Below are positions 1 through 9,332 of a stretch of DNA of 64,000 nt, one piece after another (position 1 is the stretch's first letter; each line of letters begins with the position of its first letter). Both the position numbers and the translations under genes were made by a program. The stretch comes from Bacteroidia bacterium (lineage in GTDB: Bacteria; Bacteroidota; Bacteroidia; AKYH767-A; 2013-40CM-41-45). The stretch spans positions 13,694 to 77,693 of the forward strand of contig JBBRND010000015.1 in the NCBI GenBank assembly GCA_038230515.1, read 5' to 3'. A model generated the notes under the pieces. That model searched no databases and had not been told where the DNA came from. It saw only the letters and a list, made by a program, of their open reading frames with translations.

Positions 1-1223
1 ATGAAGTTGCCAGTTTGGCTGCGAAGCTTGGCATCGTGCATAATGATACTGATGATGTTTCACTTGACGGAAAGCATATTACCATTCGTGGCCAAAAACT
101 TTTGTTCTTCGGTTCCTGTGGGTATTTAGGATTGGAGCACGACCCACGATTAAAAGCTGCAGCGATGGAAGCTGCGGACAAATACGGAACACAATTTTCT
201 TCTTCGCGCGCGTATGTATCGTCCCGTTATTATAAAGAAGCGGAAGATTTGATGCGGAAAATGTTTAACCGACCATCTGTTATTGTGCAGTCGCTTACTG
301 TTGGTCATATGTCGAATATCCCAGTTCTTGTTGGCGACAGCGATGCAGTAATTATGGATGCGCAAGTTCACGACAGTGTGCAAACGGCAGTGCAACTTTT
401 GAAAACAAGAAATATTCGTGTTGAGTTAGTGCGTCACAACCGCATTGATATGCTTGAGCAGCGCATCAAAGCACTCAAAGACAGCTATCGCAAGATATGG
501 TACATGGCTGATGGAGTTTATTCTATGCAGGGAGACTTTGCTCCGATAAAAGATTTGTATAAACTTCTTGATCGCTATGAGCAACTCAACCTATACATTG
601 ATGACATACACGGCATGAGTTGGACAGGACCGCACGGAACCGGTTATGTAATGAGTCAAGTTGATTATCATCATCGCCTTTATCTTTCTACCGGATTGAC
701 AAAAGCATTTGGAGTTGCAGGTGGTTTGTTGATTTATCCGGAAGAAGAAAATCTTCAACTTATCCGTAACACAAGCAAGGCATTTATCTTTTCCATTCAA
801 ATGCCTCCAATGGTTTTGGGAGCTGTAATTGCTTCTGCAAAGATTCATCTCACTGATGAAATCTACACAATGCAAGGTGATCTGAAGAAAAAAATAGAAT
901 ACTTCAATTCAAAAGCAAAGGAACTTCAACTGCCTCTCATTAACGAATGCGACTCTCCGATCATGTTTATCGGAGTAGGTAAACCAGATACAGGATACAA
1001 CATGGTGCGCAGGTTGATGAATGCAGGGTACTACATCAACATTTCAGTTTTCCCAAGTGTTGCCTACAACAACACTGGTTTGCGCATTCCGCTCAACAAT
1101 AAACTTTCCATTGAAGACATTAACGGAATCCTGAATACCATTGCAGAACAACTGCCGCTGGCTCTCGCTGATTCTAACGCTTCAATGAATGACGTTTACA
1201 AATCATTCCGACTCGTAGCGTAG
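1..1223 (+). CDS. PLP-dependent alpha-oxoamine synthase family acyltransferase (8-amino-7-oxononanoate synthase / serine palmitoyltransferase / KBL-like). Probably 5'-partial: the reading frame is open back to the window start.
   Basis: The ORF track lists a 402-aa ORF. It has the class-II aminotransferase architecture with a lysine in a TKAFGVAGG-type motif. The reading frame shows no stop upstream to position 3. Confidence 0.65.
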   Translation, partial: EVASLAAKLGIVHNDTDDVSLDGKHITIRGQKLLFFGSCGYLGLEHDPRLKAAAMEAADKYGTQFSSSRAYVSSRYYKEAEDLMRKMFNRPSVIVQSLTVGHMSNIPVLVGDSDAVIMDAQVHDSVQTAVQLLKTRNIRVELVRHNRIDMLEQRIKALKDSYRKIWYMADGVYSMQGDFAPIKDLYKLLDRYEQLNLYIDDIHGMSWTGPHGTGYVMSQVDYHHRLYLSTGLTKAFGVAGGLLIYPEEENLQLIRNTSKAFIFSIQMPPMVLGAVIASAKIHLTDEIYTMQGDLKKKIEYFNSKAKELQLPLINECDSPIMFIGVGKPDTGYNMVRRLMNAGYYINISVFPSVAYNNTGLRIPLNNKLSIEDINGILNTIAEQLPLALADSNASMNDVYKSFRLVA

Positions 1224-1247
1224 GTTCAAAAAAGTTTCTCCTAAAAG

Positions 1248-1278
1248 AAAACCCCGACAAAACTGCCGGGGTTTTTTA
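1248..1278. terminator. Rho-independent terminator-like hairpin (ccccg...cgggg followed by a T-run) between convergent genes.
   Basis: A GC stem and a T6 tract sit directly after the stop at 1223 and before the minus-strand gene that ends at 1303. Confidence 0.45.
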
Positions 1279-1302
1279 TTCGAGTCAATAGTTTGTTTTT
1301 TG

Positions 1303-1734
1303 TTATTGCGGATAAGCACAGATTTTCCAGAAACCGTTTAGTTGCGCAACCGCAACAACAAAGTTTTCGAACGTAACTGGCTTGATGATGTATCCTGCAA
1401 CATTCATATTGAATGCTTCCATGCGGTCTTTATCGTCATTGCTTGTAGTGAGTACAAAAACGCTTGCACCTTTATGTTCATTATCATTTCTTAACTCATG
1501 CAGGAACTCAAGTCCGTTCATCTGCGGCATGTTTATGTCGAGAAGAATAATGCGTGGAGAAGGAACAACTTTTTCCACACCATTTGTTCCGCGAAGAAGA
1601 TCAAGCGCTTCAAGACCGTTGTGCGCAATGCAAAGCGGGTTCTGAATATTGTTTCTCTTGAAGGCGCGCTGAAGAGTCATGATATCAATATCATCATCGT
1701 CAACGAGCATAATGTTAAGCAGGTTATCACTCAT
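1303..1734 (-). CDS. Single-domain response regulator (CheY-like receiver).
   Basis: Contains an N-terminal acidic pocket (MLVDDDDID), an LLDINMP phospho-acceptor region and a K-containing KP motif. It is 143 aa with no output domain. Confidence 0.8.
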   Translation of the reverse strand: MSDNLLNIMLVDDDDIDIMTLQRAFKRNNIQNPLCIAHNGLEALDLLRGTNGVEKVVPSPRIILLDINMPQMNGLEFLHELRNDNEHKGASVFVLTTSNDDKDRMEAFNMNVAGYIIKPVTFENFVVAVAQLNGFWKICAYPQ

Positions 1735-1919
1735 AATATCAGTAATTACGACTTATGATTTTAAAGGTTGCAAAATGAATGAACCAAAACTTATTGAGGT
1801 TCGCTTTTTCATTTTATCAGGAGAAGGAAAAGAATCTGTTTGTAAAATAATCATATTTCTTACACATCAGAATCATTGCTGTAGCTTTATCGTTTAGAAA
1901 GTCACATTAAAAAATAACT

Positions 1920-3308
1920 ATGAAAGCGATCTTAAGAAAACTGGCAAAGAAGGATGTGTACGACAGCATTCCGTACGATGATTTGATACTGAAACAGCGT
2001 TTCGCACTGTTCCGCATCTTCACCTTCACAGGTTTCCTTGCCAGCGTTGCCGTTGCCACACAAATCTTAACTGCATTTGAAGGATCAGGTTCAGGCCTCA
2101 TTGCATACCTTCTCTTTGGATTGGCAGGAGTGATGGTAATCAATTATTTCATGGTGCGCGATTACCTAAAATTACCGATAGCATACATGATTACGTTGAT
2201 GGCTGCATTCCTCATGCTGCATTTTCAATCGTACACTTCAGGTGGAATACGAAACTCAGGAACGATGTATCTTGCTGTGGTGATGTTGTCGGCATTTATG
2301 ATGTTGGGAACAAAGGCAGCGAAATGGTTTACGGCATTGGTGCTTGTTCACTTTGTTTATTTATTCTGCATTACTGAATATACAGATTGGACTTCTTATA
2401 GTTTATTTCAGAATGACGGACATCTGATCAATCAGGACTTTCTTACTACTGCAATTCTTGCCTTCTTCCTTATCGCTGCACAAAGTAATTATCTGCATAG
2501 TGGGAAGAATGTGGTGATCGAGCGCATCACTGAGCAAAAGGATGCACTTGAAATAAGTAACAGACGCTTGCAGGAATATACTACTACACTTGAGAAAACA
2601 AATAAAGAACTCGACAAGTTTGCATCCATTGTATCGCATGATCTGAAAGCTCCACTGCGTGCAATTGGTAACCTTGCTGACTGGATTGAGGAAGATGGTG
2701 GACCAACATTTACTCCTGAAGTACGCACAAACTTCAACATGATTAAGCAACGGATTAAACGGATGGAAGATTTGATTCAGGCGATTCTTGATTACTCAAA
2801 AGCGGATAAGCGCATGGGTGATGAAGTTAAAGTTGACACAAATGAGTTGGTGAAAGAAACTGCTGACTTTATTGGTTTGCCTGCACATGCAAAACTTCAC
2901 ATCGCAGAAAACATGCCTAACATGGTAACTGATAAAACTCGTTTGAGCCAGGTGTTCTCTAACCTTATTGGAAACGGTGTAAAATATAATGACAAGGAAA
3001 TTCCTGAAGTGACAGTATCATCTGAGACGCATGACAATGGTTGGACATTCTCTGTTAAAGATAACGGTCCGGGTATTGATCCGAAGTTTCATGAAAAGGT
3101 TTTCGTGATTTTCCAAACACTTAACCGTAGAGATGATGTGGAGAGCACAGGCGTTGGTCTTGCCATTGTAAAGAAAATTATAGAAGACCAGGGCGGCAGT
3201 ATTTGGATTGAAAGTGAACCGGGACAGGGCGCGGATTTTAAATTCTTTTGGCCTAAAGTGAAAAAGGTAAAAGATTCTGCATTAATCGCAGCTTTGCTTA
3301 TCGTGTAA
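1920..3308 (+). CDS. Membrane-anchored sensor histidine kinase.
   Basis: The N-terminus is hydrophobic with multiple TM segments. It has an H-box (FASIVSHDLKAPLRAI) and an HATPase region (GNGVKYN, DNGPGID, GVGLAIVK). Confidence 0.85.
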   Translation: MKAILRKLAKKDVYDSIPYDDLILKQRFALFRIFTFTGFLASVAVATQILTAFEGSGSGLIAYLLFGLAGVMVINYFMVRDYLKLPIAYMITLMAAFLMLHFQSYTSGGIRNSGTMYLAVVMLSAFMMLGTKAAKWFTALVLVHFVYLFCITEYTDWTSYSLFQNDGHLINQDFLTTAILAFFLIAAQSNYLHSGKNVVIERITEQKDALEISNRRLQEYTTTLEKTNKELDKFASIVSHDLKAPLRAIGNLADWIEEDGGPTFTPEVRTNFNMIKQRIKRMEDLIQAILDYSKADKRMGDEVKVDTNELVKETADFIGLPAHAKLHIAENMPNMVTDKTRLSQVFSNLIGNGVKYNDKEIPEVTVSSETHDNGWTFSVKDNGPGIDPKFHEKVFVIFQTLNRRDDVESTGVGLAIVKKIIEDQGGSIWIESEPGQGADFKFFWPKVKKVKDSALIAALLIV

Positions 3309-3380
3309 GAAACTGACCATAATTGCATAAACTTAGCATTCGATCTTTAGTAAAATTGTATAAATAAAAACAGATCGAAA

Positions 3381-3719
3381 ATGTTTACCGGAAAAAATAT
3401 CACTACGTCAGAGCGTGCACCGCTTACCATCGTTCAAAATTCTCACACGAAAAACATTGAACGCGAAGTGGACAGTTATGTAAAAAGCATTCGCGTGCTT
3501 ATTGCAAAGCTTACCCCGACAGAACGTCAGAAGTATTACAATGGCTTGCTTGCCTTCATCCTGAACGAACAGATTGACATGAACAGCACTGCCAATGAAA
3601 AGAAAATTGATGAAAGCGATTTCACAAAACTTTCTGCGCATGAGTTAGGTTTGCTCGAAGAACTGTCCATGCAGATGCAGAAACTTTATCGAACCATCGG
3701 TCACGATACAGAATCGTAA
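3381..3719 (+). CDS. Hypothetical protein.
   Basis: A 112-aa ORF in an intergenic context. No recognisable motif. Confidence 0.35.
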   Translation: MFTGKNITTSERAPLTIVQNSHTKNIEREVDSYVKSIRVLIAKLTPTERQKYYNGLLAFILNEQIDMNSTANEKKIDESDFTKLSAHELGLLEELSMQMQKLYRTIGHDTES

Positions 3720-3900
3720 AAATATTGTTGCAGCTTGCCTAAAAGGCGTAATGATTTTTCATTGCGCCTTTTTTTTATTTTCATCTGCGAAATATGAATT
3801 AGTACGAAATACGAATGTTGCTATTGAATAAAGAAAATTTTTCGAATAACCGATAGCCAATAACGATTAACTTCTTTCTATCTTTCGGAACTTTTTTCAG

Positions 3901-4620
3901 ATGAAAAAAATAGAAAAGAAACATCCACTTGCTATCCGCTGGTTTCACTGGATAAATTTTCCGGTGCTGTTCGTAATGATCTACAGTGGCATTCTTATTT
4001 ACTGGGCAAACGATGTTTATTCCATCCAGGCGGGACAGAAAGTATTCTTCAAGTTCTTCCCCGAAGGTTTTTACAAAACACTTGGCATTCCGTTTCGTCT
4101 TGCTGAAGGTATGGCGTTGCACTTTTTATTTATGTGGATCTTTTTTCTGAACGGATTGGCATACATCACCTACACACTTGTATCAGGAGAATGGAGATGT
4201 CTTTTTCCGAACCGCCATTCGTTTAAGGAAGCGTGGTTTGTGTTGCTGCATGATTTGCATTTGAGTAAACGAAAACTTCCCATTAAAAAATTTAATGGTG
4301 CGCAGCAGATTGCTTACACCGGCATCATCATCATGGGCATTGGTTCAATTCTAACTGGGTTGACGGTTTACAAACCGACACAGTTTTGGTGGCTCACAAA
4401 AATACTTGGAGGATATGAGTGGGCGAGGGGAGAGCATTTCATTCTCACTATCGGGTATGTTTTATTTTTCTGCGTTCACATTGCGCAGGTGGTGCGGGCG
4501 GGGTGGAATAATTTTCGCGCCATTGTTACGGGTTGGGAAGTGGTGGAAGAAAAGAAAGAGGAGGAAACTATTTTGATTGACGGTAGAAGAGAAACAGTAA
4601 ACACTGAAGACAATGAGTGA
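3901..4620 (+). CDS. Di-haem cytochrome b-like membrane subunit (MsrQ/YedZ or PhsC/cyt b561-like).
   Basis: Contains the RWFHWINFPVLFVMIYSGILIY motif, several TM helices and conserved His residues. It overlaps the start of the downstream molybdoenzyme by 8 nt. Confidence 0.55.
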   Translation: MKKIEKKHPLAIRWFHWINFPVLFVMIYSGILIYWANDVYSIQAGQKVFFKFFPEGFYKTLGIPFRLAEGMALHFLFMWIFFLNGLAYITYTLVSGEWRCLFPNRHSFKEAWFVLLHDLHLSKRKLPIKKFNGAQQIAYTGIIIMGIGSILTGLTVYKPTQFWWLTKILGGYEWARGEHFILTIGYVLFFCVHIAQVVRAGWNNFRAIVTGWEVVEEKKEEETILIDGRRETVNTEDNE

Positions 4621-5419
4621 AGAAAATTTTTCAGAAAAAGACTTTAAGCGAACAGTGCGGAAAAAAACACTGACTTCCTTCCTGTGGTTTTTCTTTTTCT
4701 TTTGTTTCCTGGCTTTCGCGTGGAAGTGGCTGCATCGCCAGCCGCAGGATTCGGGTGCATTGAAACCGTTGCGCGCTGCGATGAACACGAATGAGAAAAT
4801 CTTCTCGAAAGTTTTCAGCGATTCACACCTGGAACATGAGTATCCGAAATCTTCTGCAACAGCAAGTGTGAGAGTGAATGGAGATTATGGGATGGATAGT
4901 GAACTTGATACTGGTGCATGGAAGCTTCTCGTTGTGCGCAATGCTGATGTTACTCCGATTGCAGACACTGTTGTTATCACTCTTGACGAACTGAAAAAAC
5001 TTCCGAAGACAGAAATTATTTTCAACTTTAAATGTATTGAGGGATGGAGCCAAGTTACCTGGTGGGGTGGTGTACGGTTTTCTGATGTTGCAGAGCATTT
5101 TCATCTGGGAACAAAATCGGGCAACGTGCCTGACAAGAAAAACATGGGCGATCTTTTTAAGTATGCAGGGCTGCGCACGCCTGATGGTGAGTATTACGTG
5201 GGCATTGACATGGCAAGCATGCTTCATCCTCAAACTATTTTATGTTACGAAATGAATGGGCAACCGCTGCCGATGAATCAAGGCGCGCCATTGCGGTTAA
5301 TAATTCCTGTTAAGTACGGGGTGAAACACTTGAAGCGAATCGGCACGTTGTTTTTTTCTGATTCTCCTCCGCCTGATTATTGGTATGAGCAGGGGTATGA
5401 TTATTATGCGGGGCTTTGA
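4613..5419 (+). CDS. Molybdopterin-dependent oxidoreductase, sulfite-oxidase/YedY(MsrP)-like catalytic subunit with an N-terminal TM anchor.
   Basis: Shows family-typical segments: EGWSQVTWWGGVRFSDV, GAPLRLIIPVKYGVKHLKRIGTLFFSD and DYWYEQGYDYYAG. Confidence 0.65.
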   Translation: MSEENFSEKDFKRTVRKKTLTSFLWFFFFFCFLAFAWKWLHRQPQDSGALKPLRAAMNTNEKIFSKVFSDSHLEHEYPKSSATASVRVNGDYGMDSELDTGAWKLLVVRNADVTPIADTVVITLDELKKLPKTEIIFNFKCIEGWSQVTWWGGVRFSDVAEHFHLGTKSGNVPDKKNMGDLFKYAGLRTPDGEYYVGIDMASMLHPQTILCYEMNGQPLPMNQGAPLRLIIPVKYGVKHLKRIGTLFFSDSPPPDYWYEQGYDYYAGL

Positions 5420-5464
5420 GGAGCGTTGAATAACTAATCGAACTTCCGATCGTATATTTGTAAA

Positions 5465-5701
5465 ATGAAAACACTTGTAATAGATATTGACAAAGATTCA
5501 TCGCTTAAAAAATTGCTTGAGCTGGCAAAAAAACTCCGGCTTAAAACCAAAGTTGTTGATGTAAAAAAAGAGGATCAAGAGAGAGAGGATTGGATGCGGA
5601 TGGGAGTGCAGAATATTTCGAGCGCATATAGCAATGATGAGCCGGACATTAGCGGACTGACATTAATGGAGCCCAATCCGAAATATAAGCCATCTGTATG
5701 A
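5465..5701 (+). CDS. Putative antitoxin (partner of the MazF/PemK-like toxin).
   Basis: A 78-aa protein whose stop overlaps the downstream start (ATGA). The assignment rests on position only. Confidence 0.4.
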   Translation: MKTLVIDIDKDSSLKKLLELAKKLRLKTKVVDVKKEDQEREDWMRMGVQNISSAYSNDEPDISGLTLMEPNPKYKPSV

Positions 5702-6033
5702 AAGAGGGCAATGTAATTCGCTTTGCTCTGCAGCAAAATGACGGCAGATTTGTTCCTCGTCCTGCTGTGGTTTTGAAAGTATTATCTCCTTATAATGATT
5801 GTATAGTTTGCGGAATTAGTAAAAGCATGGGGCTTGAAATAAAAGGACTTGATTTTGTTATTTCAGAAGGCGATCATGATTTCAAAACGTGGGGATTGAA
5901 CTATGCAGGAGTTATTCGCGCTGGATTTTTATTTACCGTATCAACAAAATATATTGAAGGGTCACTTGGCAGTTTGAGTAAAGAAACTCACCGTCAACTT
6001 TTAGAAAATCTCAGCATTTTTCTTCTCAAATAA
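5698..6033 (+). CDS. Type II toxin of the PemK/MazF family (endoribonuclease toxin).
   Basis: Has the motifs GNVIRFAL, RPAVVLKVLS, IVCGISKS and a C-terminal GSLSKE...L. Size (111 aa) and the 4-nt overlap with the upstream small ORF fit a TA module. Confidence 0.65.
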   Translation: MKEGNVIRFALQQNDGRFVPRPAVVLKVLSPYNDCIVCGISKSMGLEIKGLDFVISEGDHDFKTWGLNYAGVIRAGFLFTVSTKYIEGSLGSLSKETHRQLLENLSIFLLK

Positions 6034-6067
6034 GTTTTAGAATACAAAGTTTTTATTCCTGAACCCA

Positions 6068-6478
6068 ATGCCCTCCGGCTACTCCGGCACTCCTCTTCTC
6101 CAAAAACTCGGCATCCATGCCGATCATAAAATATCCATCATCAATGCGCCTGAAAATTATTTTCAACTGCTGCAAATGCCGGTGCAGCTTACTGATTCAA
6201 GCGGTGGAGATAAGTTTGATTTCATTCATTGCTTTGTGAAAGAGGAAAGCGAACTGAAAAGGATTTTGCCGAAGATTAAGAAAGAACTTGAGCAGGATGG
6301 CATGATCTGGATTTCGTGGTATAAGAAGTCAGCAAAGATGAATACTGATGTTACGGAAGATGCCATTCGCAACCTCGCGCTCTCCATCGGATTGGTGGAT
6401 GTAAAAGTGTGCGCCATTGATGAGCAATGGAGCGGCTTGAAGCTGGTGATACCGCTGAAAGACAGAACCGGAAAATAA
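6068..6478 (+). CDS. Hypothetical protein.
   Basis: A 136-aa ORF with no recognised motif. Confidence 0.35.
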   Translation: MPSGYSGTPLLQKLGIHADHKISIINAPENYFQLLQMPVQLTDSSGGDKFDFIHCFVKEESELKRILPKIKKELEQDGMIWISWYKKSAKMNTDVTEDAIRNLALSIGLVDVKVCAIDEQWSGLKLVIPLKDRTGK

Positions 6479-6504
6479 AAACTAGCTTTCTCCTTTCACT
6501 CAAA

Positions 6505-6930
6505 CTACTTGTTGTCTATTCCTGCGGTAGCTCCCATCTGAACAAGTCGAATTGGTTTTGTTTGCTTCTTCGTTTTTGAGTTGAGCAGTTGTACAGAAAC
6601 AATGGAGTCCGTTACCCATTTGTAAGATGCCTGGTTGTAGCTGGTGGTATCGCTAATCAGTAGCAAATAATTTTTTAGATGCCCCTGGTAATTTTTAAAG
6701 AAGTGAACGTTGTACAAGTCGAGTGAGTCATGTCTTGCATTTACTCCATCTCCTTGTCCTGTCACTCGGTTTATTATTACCTCGCCTAAGTAATGCCCTG
6801 TAGTGGCGGTATCAATGGAATAATTAAATCCAAGTGCGCGCATATCATGTATATCAATAAATGTTTCTCCGTGCTGAAAGGCGCATGCAATGGATGCAAT
6901 AAGAATCAATGACAGGAAATTCTTTTTCAT
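6505..6930 (-). CDS. Secreted/lipoprotein-like hypothetical protein.
   Basis: Has an N-terminal signal peptide (MKKNFLSLILIASIACA). It lies downstream of the 317-aa gene on the same strand. Confidence 0.45.
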   Translation of the reverse strand: MKKNFLSLILIASIACAFQHGETFIDIHDMRALGFNYSIDTATTGHYLGEVIINRVTGQGDGVNARHDSLDLYNVHFFKNYQGHLKNYLLLISDTTSYNQASYKWVTDSIVSVQLLNSKTKKQTKPIRLVQMGATAGIDNK

Positions 6931-7062
6931 AATGTTTCATTTTAGATTTTGAAAACTATTTCTTCTCAACAAACGTCTGTATTTTTTTTTCATCTCCCAC
7001 AAAAAAACGCTCCGGAAAAAACTCTCCGAAGCGTTTGGATATAATTCAACAAATTAAAATTC

Positions 7063-8016
7063 TTACAGCAGCTCTATGGTGAAGTGCCCATCCACTGTGC
7101 CATCGGGATTGTAAACTTTGAAATACGTGGCTGTATCTACATCGCGCATCGTATTTATCTCCACAATTTCTTCTTCCAGTCCCTGCACCGTTACTTTTTT
7201 AGTGCCGGGTTTGTCGTTCTTCTCATCAGCCACATAAAAATCGAGCGCCTTGTCGCTAAGCACAATCAGTTTTGCTTTTTTGGTACCTTCCAAAGTGCGC
7301 TTAAAAATATTTTTATCTTCCAAAGCAGTCACAGTTCCGGTCTTTAGGGTTTGTTCATGCGAGCGCAATAGCTGCATGTCGAATGTGGGTTCAAGCACGG
7401 TAGCATCGGCAGAAAACTGTGCAATGCCGCTGCCTAATATTTTGTAAAGCCCCGTCATGGCTACAACCATGGCTGCTTTTGCATCATCGCTTCCGGTGCC
7501 GGTGCCGCTTATGTTTGCATTTTGAAGGGTGCGCGCGTTTTCCAAACTCGCGAAATAATTATCTACTTCAAGTTTTAGCGCTGCCAGTGCAACGATGCCT
7601 GTGAGCGCACCGCCCAGCGCACCTACGGCATTTATCTTTGAATCTTTATCTCCGGTTTGAAACGGCTTGTGACCTTGTGGAAATATTGCAACGTAGGCAC
7701 CGCTTCCCTTGGGAATGCCGGCAAACTGTACAGCCAGATCCCAGGCGTTTATTTTTTCGTTGGAGAGTTTTTCAAGCAGTACATCCAACGAAGTGGTGCT
7801 GCCTTTCTGCGTACCCCTTTGGGTAGTCCATGCATTGTATTCTGCAACCAGAGCATCATGCAAGGGTTTGTAAAAAGTGTATAGCGGTCCCCAAAATGCA
7901 TCGGCTTGATTGCCGCTTAAAAATCCATACGTGAAGGTGGAAAGTGCTACCGCTTCTTTCAGGTTTCTTGAACCGATTACCAAAAACGGGTTAGTGAAAT
8001 AAGACCATGTTTTCAT
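7063..8016 (-). CDS. Hypothetical protein.
   Basis: A long 317-aa ORF with coding-like composition. No family recognised. Confidence 0.45.
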   Translation of the reverse strand: MKTWSYFTNPFLVIGSRNLKEAVALSTFTYGFLSGNQADAFWGPLYTFYKPLHDALVAEYNAWTTQRGTQKGSTTSLDVLLEKLSNEKINAWDLAVQFAGIPKGSGAYVAIFPQGHKPFQTGDKDSKINAVGALGGALTGIVALAALKLEVDNYFASLENARTLQNANISGTGTGSDDAKAAMVVAMTGLYKILGSGIAQFSADATVLEPTFDMQLLRSHEQTLKTGTVTALEDKNIFKRTLEGTKKAKLIVLSDKALDFYVADEKNDKPGTKKVTVQGLEEEIVEINTMRDVDTATYFKVYNPDGTVDGHFTIELL

Positions 8017-8178
8017 CTTAATAGTTTTTTTAAATTTTAAATGATAAGTGATTTATGAATTAGCGCTGTAAATCTAAAAATAAATCATTTTCACTTTTAC
8101 AAATGTTGATAAATATTTTTTGATGAAACTGTGGCTATAAGCAGAAAAAGGTTTTTATCAAGCCATGGGAATACACAG

Positions 8179-8405
8179 CTATGCAGATAGGCAAAACACT
8201 TGCTTTTATCATCTGCACGGCTATGCAGGCAGGCAAAACACTTGCTTTTATCATCTGCACGGCTGTGCAGGTAGGCAAAACACTTGCTTTTATCATCTGC
8301 ACGGCTGTGCAGGCAAGCAAAACACTTGCTTTTATCGTCTGCACGGCTGTGCAGGCAAGCAAAACACTTGCTTTTATCGTCTGCACGGCTGTGCAGGCAG
8401 GCAAA
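8179..8405. repeat. Tandem array A: about 5.4 copies of a 42-bp unit (ctgtgcaggcaggcaaaacacttgcttttatcatctgcacgg). Each unit is internally near-palindromic (gtgcag...ctgcac, gcaa...ttgc).
   Basis: Direct reading gives unit boundaries at 8179, 8221, 8263, 8305, 8347 and 8389. Several overlapping ORFs are open in multiple frames, which is typical of non-coding repeats. The array sits in a divergent intergenic region. Confidence 0.9.
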
Positions 8406-8684
8406 TAGCCAAATTTTAATTTTTTATGGGGTGAGAAGAGAGGAAACTACCAAAAACAGAAATGCCGCTAAAACCAATAAGCGGCATTTCTGAAAAAACA
8501 ATGTGTACTAAACAATGTGTATCGTCATCTTATACAAAATATGATTGCCAGAGGTTACAGGTTTATTCATATCAGCCATCTCAAAATAAAAATCGGGTAA
8601 CCCATTCTAATGCCGGGTTCAAAATTATTTGTCGCTACGGAATAGCTTTTTACATTTGCCGCTCAAACCCAAAATAATATTAAA

Positions 8685-9317
8685 ATGAAAAAAGTAAATG
8701 CACTCTTAATTGCCTGCATCATTGCGCTGTCAGGCACTGTGGCAAACGCACAGAAATACACCGAAGGCGATAAGACACTGTCTTTTCTTGCCGGAGAAAA
8801 ACTTATCAATATTGAATACAACTACGACAACATGATGGTTGGTAAGAAAACTGAAGAAGAATATAAAAAGGGAAAGATGGCTGACTTCGATAAAAAAGTT
8901 CCGGGCAAGGGAGACAAGTGGGCAAAGAAATGGGTGGATAGCCGCCAGAGTGTTTATGAGCCAATGTTCGAAGAGCTGATAAATAAAATGCTTGCAAAAG
9001 CGAAGATGGATGTAAAATTGGGAACCGGACAAACCACTGCCAAATACACACTGTTTGTGCATACAACAATGACAGAGCCGGGCTTCACCATTCCGATGGT
9101 AATGAAAGTGAATCCGTCATGCAATTTCGAATTTTCATGGATCGAAAATTCATCAAAGAAAGTAATGGCAAAAGGTCAACTGAACAAAGTTGCCGGAGTA
9201 GTAATGAACGATAACGACTGGGAATTTGATCCTTCAAACAGAATAAAAGAATGTTATGCAAAGGCAGGCAAAGTAGTAGGCGTTACCATGTCGAAAGCAT
9301 TAAAAGCGAAGAAGTAA
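8685..9317 (+). CDS. Secreted hypothetical protein.
   Basis: Has a signal peptide (MKKVNALLIACIIALSGTVANAQ). It is followed by a strong terminator. Confidence 0.5.
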   Translation: MKKVNALLIACIIALSGTVANAQKYTEGDKTLSFLAGEKLINIEYNYDNMMVGKKTEEEYKKGKMADFDKKVPGKGDKWAKKWVDSRQSVYEPMFEELINKMLAKAKMDVKLGTGQTTAKYTLFVHTTMTEPGFTIPMVMKVNPSCNFEFSWIENSSKKVMAKGQLNKVAGVVMNDNDWEFDPSNRIKECYAKAGKVVGVTMSKALKAKK

Positions 9318-9332
9318 AATAAACTTCTGAGT

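Noticed and set aside
3799-4122. Minus-strand 107-aa ORF overlapping the cytochrome-b gene start. Likewise the many 60-160-aa antisense ORFs inside clpC, gyrA, smc, the TonB-like gene, the PorU-like gene and the sugar cluster
   Set aside because: They lie wholly inside long, well-supported genes on the opposite strand and have no motif support. These are typical shadow ORFs.
8179-8405. Possible CRISPR array (regular repeats)
   Set aside because: The units are directly adjacent 42-bp copies with no unique spacers between them, and there are no cas genes nearby. It is a plain tandem repeat. The same reasoning applies to the arrays at 26506-26950 and 60246-60655.
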